DNA of 64,000 nt from Mobula hypostoma. Its lineage: Eukaryota. Under the pieces are notes generated by a model, which had not been told where the DNA came from, did not search any database, and worked only from the letters and a program-made list of their open reading frames with translations. Of the stretch, positions 12,505 through 25,987 are shown one piece after another. The stretch is from the NCBI RefSeq assembly GCF_963921235.1, contig NC_086097.1:66590001-66654000 (forward strand), in the 5' to 3' direction. The number at the start of each line of letters is the position of its first letter. Position 1 is the stretch's first letter. The translations under genes were made by a program, and so were the position numbers.

Positions 12505-13838
12505 CTACGTCCATACTAGACCGGATAAATCCATAACTGAAGCTTTTTCTCTTTGTTTTGACCCGCCCTTTACACTGAAACGGCATTTTCCTCCCCCGAA
12601 AACAGAGATTTTCAGAAACGTTCTCCAGAGTGAATAAATCTGAAAACACCTAATATCCAGTGTAGTGTGTACGGGGTAACTGGCTATTTTTAAAACCGCT
12701 GTCATGACGTGCTGAAACAAATGATGGCGGCAGCACGGCATTTCATTATTTTCTTGTTGTCGTCGTGGCTATCCTTCGAGGTCGAGGATGATGGTCTTCG
12801 TTCTGAAGAAGTGGCCCACAGAGTGAAGACCCCTGTATGTGTATTTGTTTAACGTGTACTTAATGTTGCACTCCAAGAAGCACACGATACTTCACAAATC
12901 AACCAACTGATTCCAATGGCATGGAAACCAGGACGATTGGAGCTGACGGATTTGTTGCAGCCTTCATCCGCCTTCACAGCCATTGAGTTCGAAGTAACTT
13001 CGTTCGTCTGTTCCACCGTTGAGGTCTTGGTTGGATTGTTCTTTGTCAGGGACCTCACCCTCAACCTTACCGCCATGGGTGACCCGACCAGGAGCATAGC
13101 TCCAGACGGCATTGCTCTCAGGATCACAGGGCCACACAAGCTTCTCCATCGCGACAAGATGACAATCCACGGTTGCATGAGGTTGCATGAAGAAAATCCA
13201 TGGAGGTTTTCTTGTATGCAACCTCCAACACCACAACAATATCTGACAATAGATGTGTAACATCCTAATGTTACATTGTATGGAAATACAAGATAACACT
13301 GACGCAGACATGTTTTATACATTTAACAAGGTGCTTTATTAATGTATTGCTTGTGCAAGCATTCAATAGATGCAATCGTCACTTTTTGCCCAGTAACTTG
13401 TTTTATTGCACATGTTAAATACAGCAAAATAATACAGAAAGACATGGCAAAAGTAAAGGCAAACAAATGAGGTAACAGCAAATTTCACTTTTGCCTAGTA
13501 ACAAGCCTTATTGCATTTAGTTGTAGCTGTCGTCCCTTTCATCAGTGAAGAGACTATGGCTGTAGGAAATGTTTCTGGACAAACGTGCACCAAGTCTTTC
13601 CTTTGGCAATTTCCTTTTAAGTTTTTCTACTCTGTAACTGGACAAACGCACACCAAGTATACTGTTTCCTCTTCACTTATTTTCTGTGTGTCCTGTGCAT
13701 GCCCAGTAGGAGGAAATTCACTCAAATATCCATTTTAATGTGGACAGAGGTATTTTTAAAAACACCTAGTGTGGACGCCTGTCATTTTTACGCGAAACCG
13801 GCGTTTTCAAAATTATCTGGTCTAGTGTGGACGTAGCC
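12505..13838. mobile_element. Non-autonomous PIF/Harbinger-like DNA transposon
   Basis: Terminal inverted repeats ctacgtccatactagaccggataa (12505) and ttatctggtctagtgtggacgtagcc (to 13838), with subterminal ..acact../..agtgtg.. repeats; no transposase ORF. Confidence 0.75.
12758..13206 (-). mobile_element. RTE-derived bipartite non-autonomous retroposon
   Basis: Minus strand: RTE/BovB/Expander-like 5'UTR (tcatcttgtcgcgatggagaagcttgtgtggccctgtgatcctgagagcaatgcc..gggtcacccatggc) joined to an RTE-like 3' end (catcatcctcgacctcgaaggatagccacgacgacaac). Candidate 9-bp TSD ttttcttgt at 12749-12757 and 13207-13215. Confidence 0.7.
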
Positions 13839-15024
13839 TTGGAGTACTGTGGAGGCAGAGATTGACAGACTTTGAACTGCAAAGGAGTTGAGGGGCATGA
13901 GGACGATAGTGGTGTTGAGGCCAAGGTTGACTCAAGGTTGACAAAGTAGTGGAACAAGCTCGGTACTGGTTGGCCTACTCTCGTGTTGAGTTCATAGCAG
14001 GAATGCCACGTGTGTAAGTAACTGATTTCATTTGAAACTCTGGAGTCAGAACAATATCCTCAGCACCAGCACTAGCACACCCTCTCAATTTTAATAACTT
14101 TGCCAAGTTTAGCTTTTATTTCTTTAGAATCAGAGCAACAGTCTGTAGAAAGCAATTAGCAACCAATTTCCATGTAATTGATGAATCCTATAAATGGGAG
14201 AGGGTGTTGGAAATAGCTCCATGGCATACAACCTTTTGGGACAAAATTTTATCAGTAGCTTTATTCACATTTTTCAGATGACAGATGGTCAGGGTGGGGA
14301 AAAGACATTACCTTCCTGAATTCATTAAAATAATTGAATACTGTAGCTGCAGCATAATGTTTTTGAAACTATGACCTACCTACAAAAATTATTCTAAATT
14401 AATGAGTAGTGACTTACACAGCATGTGTTTAATTCCATGCTTCACTAACTTGCTGGTTCTGGTCTTGTATCCAATTGTTTATAGTTTACTCAAAGTTCAA
14501 ATCTGTGTCCCCATGTTCTGTGGTATGGTTTTATTGTAAATAAACATTGATACTGCTATCAATTGAAATGGACAATACACGTTTTGGTTTACACAATTCC
14601 TTGTTGATTATTGTGCCATTCATGTGGAACAAATCTAAACGGATTAAGGTATGTAATCAACACCTCGCGGGGAGGAGCCAGCAGAAATTTATCACATACT
14701 GTTTTATTTATTAGTTTCCTAGGATGCATTTGGAAACTATAACCAAAAGAAAAATTCCATTCTGTGGCCATTTCCTGATTAAACACAAACAAACTGAAAA
14801 CCAGAAATAAAGTTCGTTCCTGGAAATGCACAGCAATGGATGTGCATCGTAATAACATCAGGACCCTACTTGCATCAGAACATTAAACGATCTGATGTGC
14901 CGACCAAGCACTTTTTAATATATGCACGGTTTAAAACAAAATTGAAATTTAATGTATAAAGTGGATTATCTATTTTACACTAATTTCAAAGGTATAGAAT
15001 ATTCATAACTGGATCTGTTCCCAA

Positions 15025-15160
15025 TCTTATGAAGAGTCTCATCATGAAATGTTGACTGTTTATTCCCCTCCACATACAGTACGTGCTGCCTAACTTGCTG
15101 AATGCCTCCAGAATTTTGTGTGTATTGCTCACAATTTGCAGCATCTGCAGAATCTTGGGT
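15025..15160 (+). mobile_element. Degenerate Penelope pLTR-derived repeat (decayed hammerhead region)
   Basis: gaagagtctc..tgaaatgttgactgtttattcccctc..tgctgcctaacttgctg..ccagaattttgtgtgt..gcagcatctgcagaatc parallels 54100-54205 and 56630-56760. Confidence 0.6.
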
Positions 15161-15545
15161 TTATTGTTCTCTGGGAGGCACTGTGAGAAGTGAGCAGGGC
15201 AGTAATTAACTTTGAGAAAACCTTAACAAGCTGGTAGAATAGTCAGATTCAGGTAACATTTGGTATAGAAAAGTACAAAGTGCTAGGTTATTTTGCCCCC
15301 CTTCTTTCTTTTTAAATAAACCAAACAGACACACCTCTAAAAGGAGGAGAGGAACCGAAAGATCTTGATGATTTATGTAGAAGGTAGTTTGTAAAAGTAG
15401 TGAACAAGACACCTGACACTTTAAAATAAGATAGAGCAGAAATGCAAATCAACTGAACCTCCATAAATACTGAAGAATTGACTCAATTATAGGCACTATA
15501 ATTTAGGAAAAATCCAAAGGTCTTGGAAAAGATGCCGGTGATTCA

Positions 15546-16109
15546 TACAACTGGAGAATTGTGTACAGTTCTGGTCTCCAAATTTGAAGAAGGACATTCT
15601 TGCTATTGAGGGAGTGCAGCAGAGGTTCACGAGGTTAATTCCCGGGATGGCGGGACTGTCATATGTTGAAAGATTGGAGCGACTGGGCTTGTATACACTG
15701 GAATTTAGAAGGATGAGAGGGGACCTGATTGAAACATACAAGATTATTAAGGGATTGGACACGCTAGCAGCAGGAAACATGTTTCTGATGTTGAGGGAGT
15801 CCAGAACCAGAGGTCACAATTTGAGAATAAGGGGTATGCCATTTAGAACTGAATTGAGGAAAAACCTTTTCACCTAGAGAGTTGTAGATCTGTGGAATGC
15901 TCTGCCTCAGAAGGCAGTGGAGGCCAATTCACTGGATGCTTTCAAGAAAGAGTTAGATAGAGCTCTTAATGATAGCGAAGTCAAGGGATATGGGGAGAAG
16001 GCAGGAACGGGGTACTGATTGTGGATGATCAGCCATGATCACAGTGAATGGCAGTGCTGGCTCGAAGGGCCGAATGGCCTACTCCTGCATCTATTGTCTA
16101 TTGTCTATT
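15546..16109 (+). mobile_element. CR1 LINE 3' end (relatively young)
   Basis: ORF KKDILAIEGVQQRFTRLIPGM..RRMRGDLIETYKII..RTRGH; 3'UTR gggccgaatggcctactcctgc; tail (ctattgt)n. Confidence 0.9.
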
Positions 16110-19100
16110 AACTTCAGTTATGTGCAGAAACTAGAAACGTTAAGGTTGTTCTGTTTGAACAGAACAGGTTGAAAGGGCATCTCACAATCTCACACTGCAC
16201 TCCATTCTGATACAGACTCAATACTTCTGCACAGGTACAGTATTGAAATAGGTTAAATGAGAGATTGTTCCCATTGGCGGAAGGATCAGAATTAAAGGAT
16301 TTAGACAAAGGTAAGAGAACAGAAGAAAATAAAACGTTTTTAGGCTGTGTGTGGAATGTACTGCCAAGGGTGATCGTGTGGCAGATTCAAGGTACTGTTC
16401 AAATGTGATAAATATATGGATGGAAAGGATTTGAAGAGTTGTAGGGCAAGGGTGGAGCAAATTCCACTGCTCTTGTGTTGAACTGCTATGGACCCTGTAG
16501 CCTAATGATATCCCGTGTTGTAAAAATTCTATGATGACGTCCAGGTAGACTGCAGGAATAACTTGCCATAATTTACTCTGCAAAAAGTTTTTCTTGCATG
16601 AAATGTAATGATAAATGTTTAATTCACAAAAACACACATGGACAGCTTGAAATTTCTGGCATGGTCAGGTTTATCAGCAGTAATAGACAGCAATGGTAGC
16701 AGCAGACATCTTTGCCTATCTGTGGATGACATACTGTATATTTAATTGCCCTTTAGAAGGCTCTGTCCTTACTGCATTAAATTAAATTATGTCAGAGACA
16801 CAGCAGGATTTTTTGACTCAGCTACCCACTGCTGTTTCAAAAGCAATTTGTGTTGCCTAGTATTAATTTCAAATTGACTCATGAAAGTGACATTTACTGT
16901 AATGCATTCTTGTTGAGATTCAGCAGCTGCATCATCTGTAAACTCTGGTTCATCTCTGATCTTCCATAACCTACCGTAAGGTACCCAGCTTCATATCTGT
17001 GTCAACTTTCACATTACAGTATTACTGAGGCAAACAGAAACAACCTAGTCGAGGAATAAATGTATGCATTTCACTAGACAGGAATAGGTATTGAAATAGG
17101 TTAAATGATCCGTCATTTAAAAAACATCTCCCTTGACAGATTAATGAAAAGAGCATGTTACTTTCAAAAAAATGAAATTTAAAAAGGCACACCAACTGTT
17201 TCTTATGATTTTACAATGTTGGTGGTGGGGGCACTTAATCACTGAAGAATTTTTTTAATGTAATGATGACAACATGTTGCATGCTCTTTATATTCAGGAC
17301 TGTATTCCCAGCTCTTAAGGTAATCATGACTGACAGTGTTGGGAATAAAGGATTGGATAGAATAGATGCCAGTGGTCTTGGAGGTACATCTGCTGAAATT
17401 CACCCTGGTCCCTGAAACCAGTTTGAACTGATCACTAATGCACATCAGTCTGTGAATCAACAGCAGTTCCAGGCAAAACCAGCATTCATCCTTGTACGTA
17501 CAGTTAAATGCAAAAATAAAAGTTGCAGTCAAGGATTCACTGCTTCTCCACAGGGTGTACTGATTCTCACCTTAACAGTCGCCACCATCCTTTGTGGTGA
17601 CTAAGGCAGGTTCTCGCCTAGTTAACTCCTGCTGGTTCTGGTTGTGCACTGCCTGGTTTGGCAAGAAAGGAAAGATTGAAAAGCTGATAGAACCTACAGG
17701 CTGGAGTGGGGGCTGCAGCAGTGTCTGTGAATGCAGAATATGAATATTAAATATCAGCCCTGAGCGATAGACATTGCTGGTAGGTCAGTCTTCAGACTAT
17801 AATCCTTTGAGTAGTGTGCTGGTACGTTTTTGTATGTGGAAGGATATGGCATTCGGGAATGTAATTACCAGCATTTCTGTGACATGGCAACTTTTGTATC
17901 TGGGTTCTCAGCTCCATGTTCCTGGCGTTGTCCTCCTCGACTTCCTATCTAGTCTCATTGCATGAGTAATGAGGATATTCTGACATTTATAGGCTCAGGA
18001 TATTTCTCCTGCTTTGTATCTTCTCCATTAAGAGTTCCAATGCAGCTTCAAAAATATTGTCAGACGTCCTGCAGTGTTTCCTGGGCCAGATTTACTTTAT
18101 TACTATGGTCACAGTGCCCCTCTCCCTTAAGAGGTGCTTTCTCACTGTGAGCAGAGCCAGCTAGCTTTAACTGGAGTCAGTCACCATTGCTTTTGATTCT
18201 TTGTCGATTTGTCTCAATGGTGAACAATAGAGTTGGAGTTGATGGAACATCAATATTGAACAATAATATTGAAAAAAGAATAAAATGTTTGAAAGCTATC
18301 TACACTATAACGTAAAGGAAACAAAATAAAACTGCAGGTGCTGTAAATCTGAAATAATAATTTTATTTTTTGGATTCTCTATATATCATCATTTTCCTGA
18401 GCCACCACCATAATGACTTATCTGGTCTCCCCCTAACCTCCATCTATCACAATTATTCCCTTGGTTCTCTTCGTGAACTTTGTTTCACCTCCCACTTCCC
18501 ATATTTAATTTCTGACTCATCCAAGTTCTGACGCAAGGTCATCAACCTAAAAGATTATCTCAGTTTTTCCCCCACTTAGCTGCTGCTTGGCCCGTTGAGT
18601 TTTCAGGATTCTGTACTTTTATTTCAATCATCCACTATAATTGCTGTCATTTTCAGGGGCTACTGAATTTACCCTCAGGGATATTTTGATCTACTTCATC
18701 ATTAGTTAGCTACAAGGTGCATTTACTTCAACAATTTCATGGACTAACAATGGTAAACAAATTCAAGTTAGAAGTTAATAATCATTGATTCATAGAACAC
18801 CACAGCACAGAAATAGACCCTTCAGCGCATCTAGTCCATGCTGAGCCATTTATCTGCCTAGTCCCACTGACTTGCATCTGGACCATAGCCCTTCATGATC
18901 TCTGGTTTTAGTTTCATCCAACCTCAGGGGGGAAAATGTGCTTGCATTTACCCTATCTATACTCCTCATAATTTTATAGACATATTTCCAAATCTCCCCT
19001 CAATCTTCTACATTCTGGGGACTAAAGTCCTAATCTGCAGTATTCAATCTTTCTTTATAACAGAGGTTCTCCAATTCTGGCAACATCCTTATACTGTAAA

Positions 19101-19175
19101 TATTCTCTGCGGTCTTTCCATCTTATTTACACCTTTTCCTTTAGGTAGGTGACCAAAACTGGACACTAAGCCTCA

Positions 19176-21702
19176 AAAGTTTCTTCAAATGTAAAACAGA
19201 TATCGGATTGTTGGAAAATGATGCTGGAGAGGTAGTAATAGGGGACCAAAGAAATAGTGGACAAACTGAGTAAGTATTTTGCATCAATCTTCACTAGCAG
19301 TATGCTGGAAGTACAAGATTGTCAGGAGGAAGAAGTGTGTGAAGTTGCCATTACTAGGTTGAAGGTTCTTGGAAAACTGATAGGTCTGAAGGCAGGTAAA
19401 TCACCTGAAACAGATAGTCTACAGCCCAGGGTGCTGAAAGAGGTGGCTGAAGAGATTGCGGAGGCATTAGTAATGATCTTTCAAGAATCAATTGATTCTG
19501 GCAAGGTTCTGAGGAATGGAAAATCGCAAATGTCTCTCCACTCTTCAAGAAGGAAGAGTGGCAGAAGAAAGGAAATTATAGGCCAGTTAGTCAGTGTTTG
19601 GGCAGATGTTGGAGATGATTGTTAAGGATGTGGTTTCGGGGTATTTGGAGGCATGTGATAAAACTGGCTAGAATGTTTTCCTTAAGGGAAAATCTTGCCT
19701 GACCAATCTGTTGGAAATCTTGAAGAAATAACAAGCAGGATAGACAAAAGAGAACAGGTGGATATTGTGCACTTGGATTTTCAGAAGGCCTTTGACAAGG
19801 TGCCACACATGAGGTTGCTAAACAACTTAAGAGTCTGTAGTATTAAAGGAAAGATACTAGCATGGATAAAACAGTGGCTGATTGTCAGGAGGCAAAGAGT
19901 GGGAATAAATTGAGTCTTTTCTAGTTGGCTGCCAGTGACTAGTGGTGTTCCACAGGGTCTGTGTTGGAACTGCTTCTACATTATATATCAATGATTTGGA
20001 TGATGGAATTGATAGCTTCGTGGCCAAGTTTTCAGACAATATGAAGATGGGTGGAGGGGCAGAAAGTTTGGAGAAAGCAGAAAGGCTGCAGAAGAACTTA
20101 AACAGATTAGGAGAATAAGTAAAGAAGTAGCAGACGGAATTCAGTGTCTGTGATGAGGAAGACTAATGCGATGTTAGCATTCAATTTGAGAGGACTAGAA
20201 TATAAAAGCAAAGATATAATGTTGAGGCCTTATAAAGAACTGGTGAGGCCTTGCTTAGAGTATTGTGAGCAGTTTTGTGCCCTTTATCTAAGTAAGAATA
20301 TGATGACATTGAAGAGGGTTCAAAGGAGATTCATGAAAAAGATTCTAGGATTGAAAAAATATTACTTCTAATGTGTAATGACCAGTGTGCACAAAACCTT
20401 ATGCTGTGCAATGTTTTTTCATGTGTGCACTGAATTTTTAAGTGGAAGTAAACCTAAAGCTATTCTAAGGATAATAAACTACCAAGTCCAATTTGTTGTT
20501 CATTGTATAAAAGAAATAAAATAATACACATCAATGAGTCTTATTTCTCATATATGGTACAACAGCATGTAATATCAATATTTTCATGTAATTAAAGTTG
20601 TTTGAAATTGTCAAACAAAACTTATAAAATTACAAAGCTAGTTGACAAAATCTGTACTCTTTACAAAACATACGTTGCAGGCCTATAGCGGGTAATGAAA
20701 AATTTTCTCACCGGTGCTTTTGCACACCGTCCTTATTTGATTTGCTTGCTAAATGACGCTTTAAAAAGTCAAGTTTCCAAATACCACTCCACTCCTTCCC
20801 ACTCGCAAATTCTCCAGAAACTTTTGCATCACAACAATACATGCAGATAACACCAGTTTCTCTATTGCACAGAACTATTTCTTGTAGCTGCACCTCCCTG
20901 ACCTCATGAGCTTTCAGTATAGCAGTTTCTACTGTTTCATTAAGCCATTCTGCTTTAAATAAGCTAGCAGTTCTTTTGCGCTACGTGCCCTTTGATTCTT
21001 TGGAATTCAACATCGTGAATCAATAATTTCTTCAATAAAAACAGTATAAATAAGCCAGTCCTAAAATCTGCAGACAAATTATCACAAATTCCACGTTGTC
21101 AACGCTGTCCGCATCAGAAACTAGAAAATGAAATGCGGTTGTGAACGATTGTGAAATATACTTAACACGCCAGCAAGGTAGAGGATGACAACCTTTTGTG
21201 CACAGATTAAATTCCTTTGTGTGCTAGTAGCAAGAGTTATGTGTGCACACACACCTTAGAGGGAACACATTTAAAGGCTTGTCATAGGAACGTTTGATGG
21301 CTCTGGGCCTCTACTCACTGGAACTCAGAAGGATGAGGGGTTACCTCATGGAAACCTATTGAATGTTGAGAGATCTGAATAGAATGGATGTAGAGAGGAG
21401 AAGTCTAAGACCAGAGGACACAGCCTCAGGGGTGTCCTTTTAGGACGCAGATGAGAAGGAACTTCTTTAGTTGGAAGGTGCTGAATCTGTGGGATTTGTT
21501 GCCACAGGCAGCTGTGGTGGCCAAGTCTTTATGTATATTTAAAGTATAGGTTGATAAATTTTTGATTAGTCAGGGCATGAAGCGATACGGGAAAAGGCAG
21601 GAGATTGGGACTGAGAGGGAAAATGGATTAATCATGATGAACTGGTGGAGTAGACTCAATGAGCTAAATGGTCTAATTCTGCTCCTATATCTTATGGTCT
21701 TT
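19176..21702 (+). mobile_element. CR1 LINE ORF2 fragment nested in an older CR1, itself split by a hAT element
   Basis: LDFQKAFDKVPHMRLL, GLKAGKSPETD and LVRPCLEYCEQF; 3'UTR ..atggtctaattctgctcctatatcttatggtctt. Flanks taagcctca/taggcctca resemble a TSD. Confidence 0.8.
20360..21268 (-). mobile_element. Internally deleted hAT-family DNA transposon with N-terminal TTF-type zinc-finger remnant
   Basis: Right end cttagagggaacac is hAT-type TIR-like; left end is degraded. Minus frame reads KRTASLFKAEWL..GVICMYCCDAKVSGEFASGKEWSGIWKLDFLKRHLASKS. CR1 coding sequence resumes directly after it. Confidence 0.6.
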
Positions 21703-23952
21703 TAGGCCTCAGCAATGTCTTATACAATTTCAATATAACATCCCAACTCTTGTAATCAGTACATTGATTTATGAAAGCCAATGTGCCAAAGCCTTTTTTA
21801 TGATCCTATCTATCTGCCACTTTCATTGAATTATGGATTTGTATTCCCAGATTCCTTTTATACCGCACCTACTCCTCAGTGCCCTTCCACTCACCATGTA
21901 AGACCTACGCTGGCTGGTTCTCTGAAAGTGCATCACCTCACACTCGTTTGCATTAAATTCCATCAGCCAATTCTCAGCTCATTTCACCAGCTGGTCCAGA
22001 TCCTGCTGCAAGTTTTGATCATCTTCCTCATTGTCCACCCCACCCCCAATCTTGGTGTCATCCACAAATGTGTTGATCCTGTTTATCACATTGGTATCCA
22101 GATTGTTGATATAGATGACAAACAGCAACAGACCCAGCACTGATCTCTGTGGCACCCCACTAGTCAAAGGCCTCCAGTCTTTTTTTTTAGAGGCAGCCAT
22201 GTAAAACTCTCTGGCTTCTTCCGTGAAGCCCATGTCTAATCCAATTTCCTACCTCATCTTGAACGCCAAGCGAGTGAACCTCCTCAACCAACCTCACATG
22301 CAAGACCTTGTCAAAGGCCTTGCTAATGTCTATGCAGGCACCAGCTATTGCCTTGCCTTCATCAGCTTTCCTGGTAACTTCCTCAAAAAAACCTCTTAAG
22401 ATTGATTAGACACGACCTACCTCGCACAAAGCCATGTTGGCTATCTCTGATAGGTCCCTATCTATCCAAATACTTGATATCTGATCCCTTAGAACACTTT
22501 CCAATAACTTTCTCACTATGGTCACCAACCTATTATTTACTGGCTTATTCTTTGAGCCTTTCTTCAACAACAGATCTATATTAGCTATCCTCTAGTACTC
22601 TGGCACCGTATCAATGGATAAGGATGATTTAAATATCTCTGTGGGGCCCCTGTAATTTCTGCACTTGCCTCCCACTGGTTCCGAGGGACCACATTGTCAG
22701 GCCCTGGGGTTTTATCCACATTAATTTGTCTCAATACAGCAAACACCTCTTCCTCTGTAATTTGTACAGGGTCCATAACCTCATATTGCCTCACATCTAT
22801 AGAAACTGTATCCATCACCTGAGTAAACACAGATACAAAAAATCCATTTAAGATCTCCCCCATCTCTTTTTGCTCTACACACAGATTACTATCCTGATCT
22901 TCCAGAGGACAAATTTCGTCCCTTACTGTTCTTTTGCTCTTAATATATCTGTAGAAGCCCTTAAGATTCTCCTTCACCCTGTCTGCTAGAGCAACCGCAT
23001 GTCTTCTTTTAGCCCCCTGATTTCCTCCTTAAGTATTCTCTTGCATTTCTTATACTCCTCAAGTACCTCATTTGTTCCTACCTGCCCATACCTGTTATGA
23101 ACCTCCTTTTTCTTAACCAGGGCCTCTTGAAAACCAAGGTTCCCTAAACCCATTACCCTTGCCTTTTATTCTGATGGGAACATACAAACTCTGTGCTTTT
23201 GAAAGCCTCCTGCCTATGTTTCCAGAAAAAAACCTGTCCAAATCCACACTTGCCAGATCCTTCCTGATACCATCACAATTAGCCTTTCTCCAACTTAGAA
23301 TCTCAACCCAAGGACCAGACTTGCCTTTTTTTCATAATTACCTTGAAATTAGTGGTGTTTTTATCACCAGATGCAAAGTGTTCTCCTACACAAACTTCTG
23401 TCACCCGACCTTTCTCATTCTCTAATAGGAGATCTAGTATCACACTCTCTCTAGTTGGGACTTCTAAGTAACTGATTAAGGAAACTTTCCTGACACATTT
23501 GACAAACTCTTACCCATTCAGCCCTCTTACAGTATAGCAGTCCCAGTCAATATGTGGAAAGTTAAAATTACCAACTATTACAACCTTGTGTATCTTGCAA
23601 CAATCTACAATCACCCTACAAAATTGCTTCTCTAAATCCCATGGACTGTTGGGTGGTCTATAATATATTCCAATAATGTTGTCATATCTTTCTTATTCCT
23701 CAGTTCTACCCATAAAGCTTCACTAGGCAAGCTCTCCAGTCTGTCCTGACTGAGTACTGATAACATTTTCGGTGACGTGTAATGTCACCCCTCCCCCTTT
23801 AATCCCTCCTGCTCTATCACATTTTAAGCAAAAGAATCCCAGAACATTGAGCTGTCAGTCCTTCCCCTTCTTCAACCAAGACTCTCTACTGGCCACAATG
23901 TCATAATTCCATGTGCTGATCCATGCCCTAAGCTCATCCCCCTTTCCTACAG

Positions 23953-25570
23953 GCTCCCTGGCCTTTAGCATTATCATAGAAAAGGATAGAATTAGAGAGG
24001 ACGGGAAAAATTTTAATTGGAGAAGGGCAAATTATGAGGCTATAAGGCTAGAACTTGCGGGTGTGAATTGGGATGATGTTTTTGCAGGGAAATGTACTAT
24101 GGACATGTGGTCGATGTTTAGAGATCTCTTGCAGGATGTTAGAGATAAATTTGTCCTGGTGAGGAAGATAAAGAATGGTAGGGTGAAGGAACCATGGGTG
24201 ACAAGTGAGGTGGAAAATCTAGTCAAGTGGAAGAAGGCAGCGTACATGAGGTTTAGGAAGCAAGGATCAGATGGGTCTATTGAGGAATATAGGGAAGCAA
24301 GAAAGGAGCTTAAGAAGGGGCTGAGAAGAGCAAGAAGGGGGCATGAGAAGCCCTTGGTGAGTAGGGTAAAGGAAAACCCCAAGGCATTCTTCAATTATGT
24401 GAAGAAAAAAAGGATGACAGGAGTGAAGGTAGGACCGATTAGAGATAAAGGTGGGAAGATGTGCCTGGAGGCTATGGAAGTGAGCAAGGTCCTCAATGAA
24501 TACTTCTCTTCGGTATTCACCAATGAGAGGGAACTTGATGATGGTGAGGACAATATGAGTGAGGTTGATGTTTTGGAGCATGTTGATATTAAGGGAGAGG
24601 AGGTGTTGGAGTCGTTAAAATTCATTAGGACGGATAAGTCCCCGGGGCCTGATGGAATATTCCCCAGGCTGCTCCACGAGGCGAGGGAAGAGATTGCTGA
24701 GCCTCTGGCTAGGATCTTTATGTCCTTGTTGTCCACGGGAATGGTACCAGAGGATTGGAGGGAGGCAATGTTGTACCCTTGTTCAAAAAAGGTAGTAGGG
24801 ATAGTCCGGGTAATTATAGACTAGTGAGCCTTACATCTGTGGTGGGAAAGCTGTTGGAAATGATTCTTAGAGAAAGGATCTGTGGGCATTTAGAGAATCA
24901 TGGTCTGATCAGGGACAGTCAGCGTGGCTTTGTGAAGGGCAGATCGTGTCTAACAAGCCTGATAGAGTTCTTTGAGGACGTGACCAGCCATATAGATGAG
25001 GGTAGTGCAGTGGATGTGATCTATAGGATTTTAGTAAGGCATTTGACAAGGTTCCACACAGTAGGCTTATTCAGAAAGTCAGGAGGCATGGGATCCAGGG
25101 AAGTTTGGCCAGGTGCATTCAGAATTGGCTTGCCTGCAGAAGGCAGAGGGTGGTAGTGGAGGGAGTACATTCAGATTGGACGGTTGTGACGAGTGGTGTC
25201 CCACAAGGATCTGTTCTGGGACCTCTACTTTTTGTGATTTTTATTAACAACCTGGATGTGGGGATAGAAGGGTGGGTTGGCAAGTTTGCAGACGACACAA
25301 AGTTTGGTGGTGTTGTGGATAGTCTAGAGGATTGTCAAAGATTGCAGAGAGACATTGATAGGATGCAGAAGTGGGCTGAGAAGTGGCAGACGAAGTTCAA
25401 CCCGGAGAAGTGTGAGGTGGTACACTTTGGAAGGACAAACTCCAAGGCAGAGTACAAAGTAAATGGCAGGATACTTGGTAGTGTGGAGGAGCAGAGGGAT
25501 CTGGGGGTACATGTCCACAGATCCCTGAAAGTTGCCTCACAGGTAGATAGGGTAGTTAAGAAAGCTTATA
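23953..25570 (+). mobile_element. Low-divergence internal CR1 ORF2 fragment
   Basis: Overlapping ORFs 23913-24824, 24755-25156 and 25105-25578 (two frameshifts): [76 protein letters not shown]. Confidence 0.92.
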
Positions 25571-25987
25571 TTTCCTGAATCAAACGAAGAACTACAAGTC
25601 ATATGCAGGCATTACTGAGGTTAGCCAACATCCTTGCCTTTCTGATGCGCATAGTTTTACAAGGCCATCTAGTCCCCAGGCCTACATCCCTGATGTGGGC
25701 TAAGCCTAAGAAGTTGAATGCTCCTTGTCCCACTTTGGTTTGTTCTTCACTTGCTGAATGATTAGAAGACCAAATGAAGAAGTTTGAAATAGAGAAGATG
25801 GCATATTGTGGGATATGATGAAGGAGAGGAACTTATTCAATTGTGGAGTGGTTGCAATAGGCATTATCAGATCAAACAGAAAGCTGAGGAGCTGTACTCG
25901 GGTAGGCTGTACTTTGTCAGTTTATTGAATCTTTTTCAGTAGGAGCACATTCTGGCATAATACTGCTAGTGTAGACTTTCCGGTCAG

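Larger units (their letters stand above)
18781..23952 (-). mobile_element. Degenerate CR1 LINE (minus), split by a plus-strand CR1
   Basis: 3' tail at ~18781-19170; resumes at ~21703 with SGVPQRSVLGLLLFVIYINNLD, KENLKGFYRYIKSKR and DKTPGPD, and APE-like sequence to ~23950. Confidence 0.8.

Noticed and set aside
12849..13322. Overlapping 114-157-aa ORFs
   Set aside because: Within an RTE UTR-derived element; no coding motifs.
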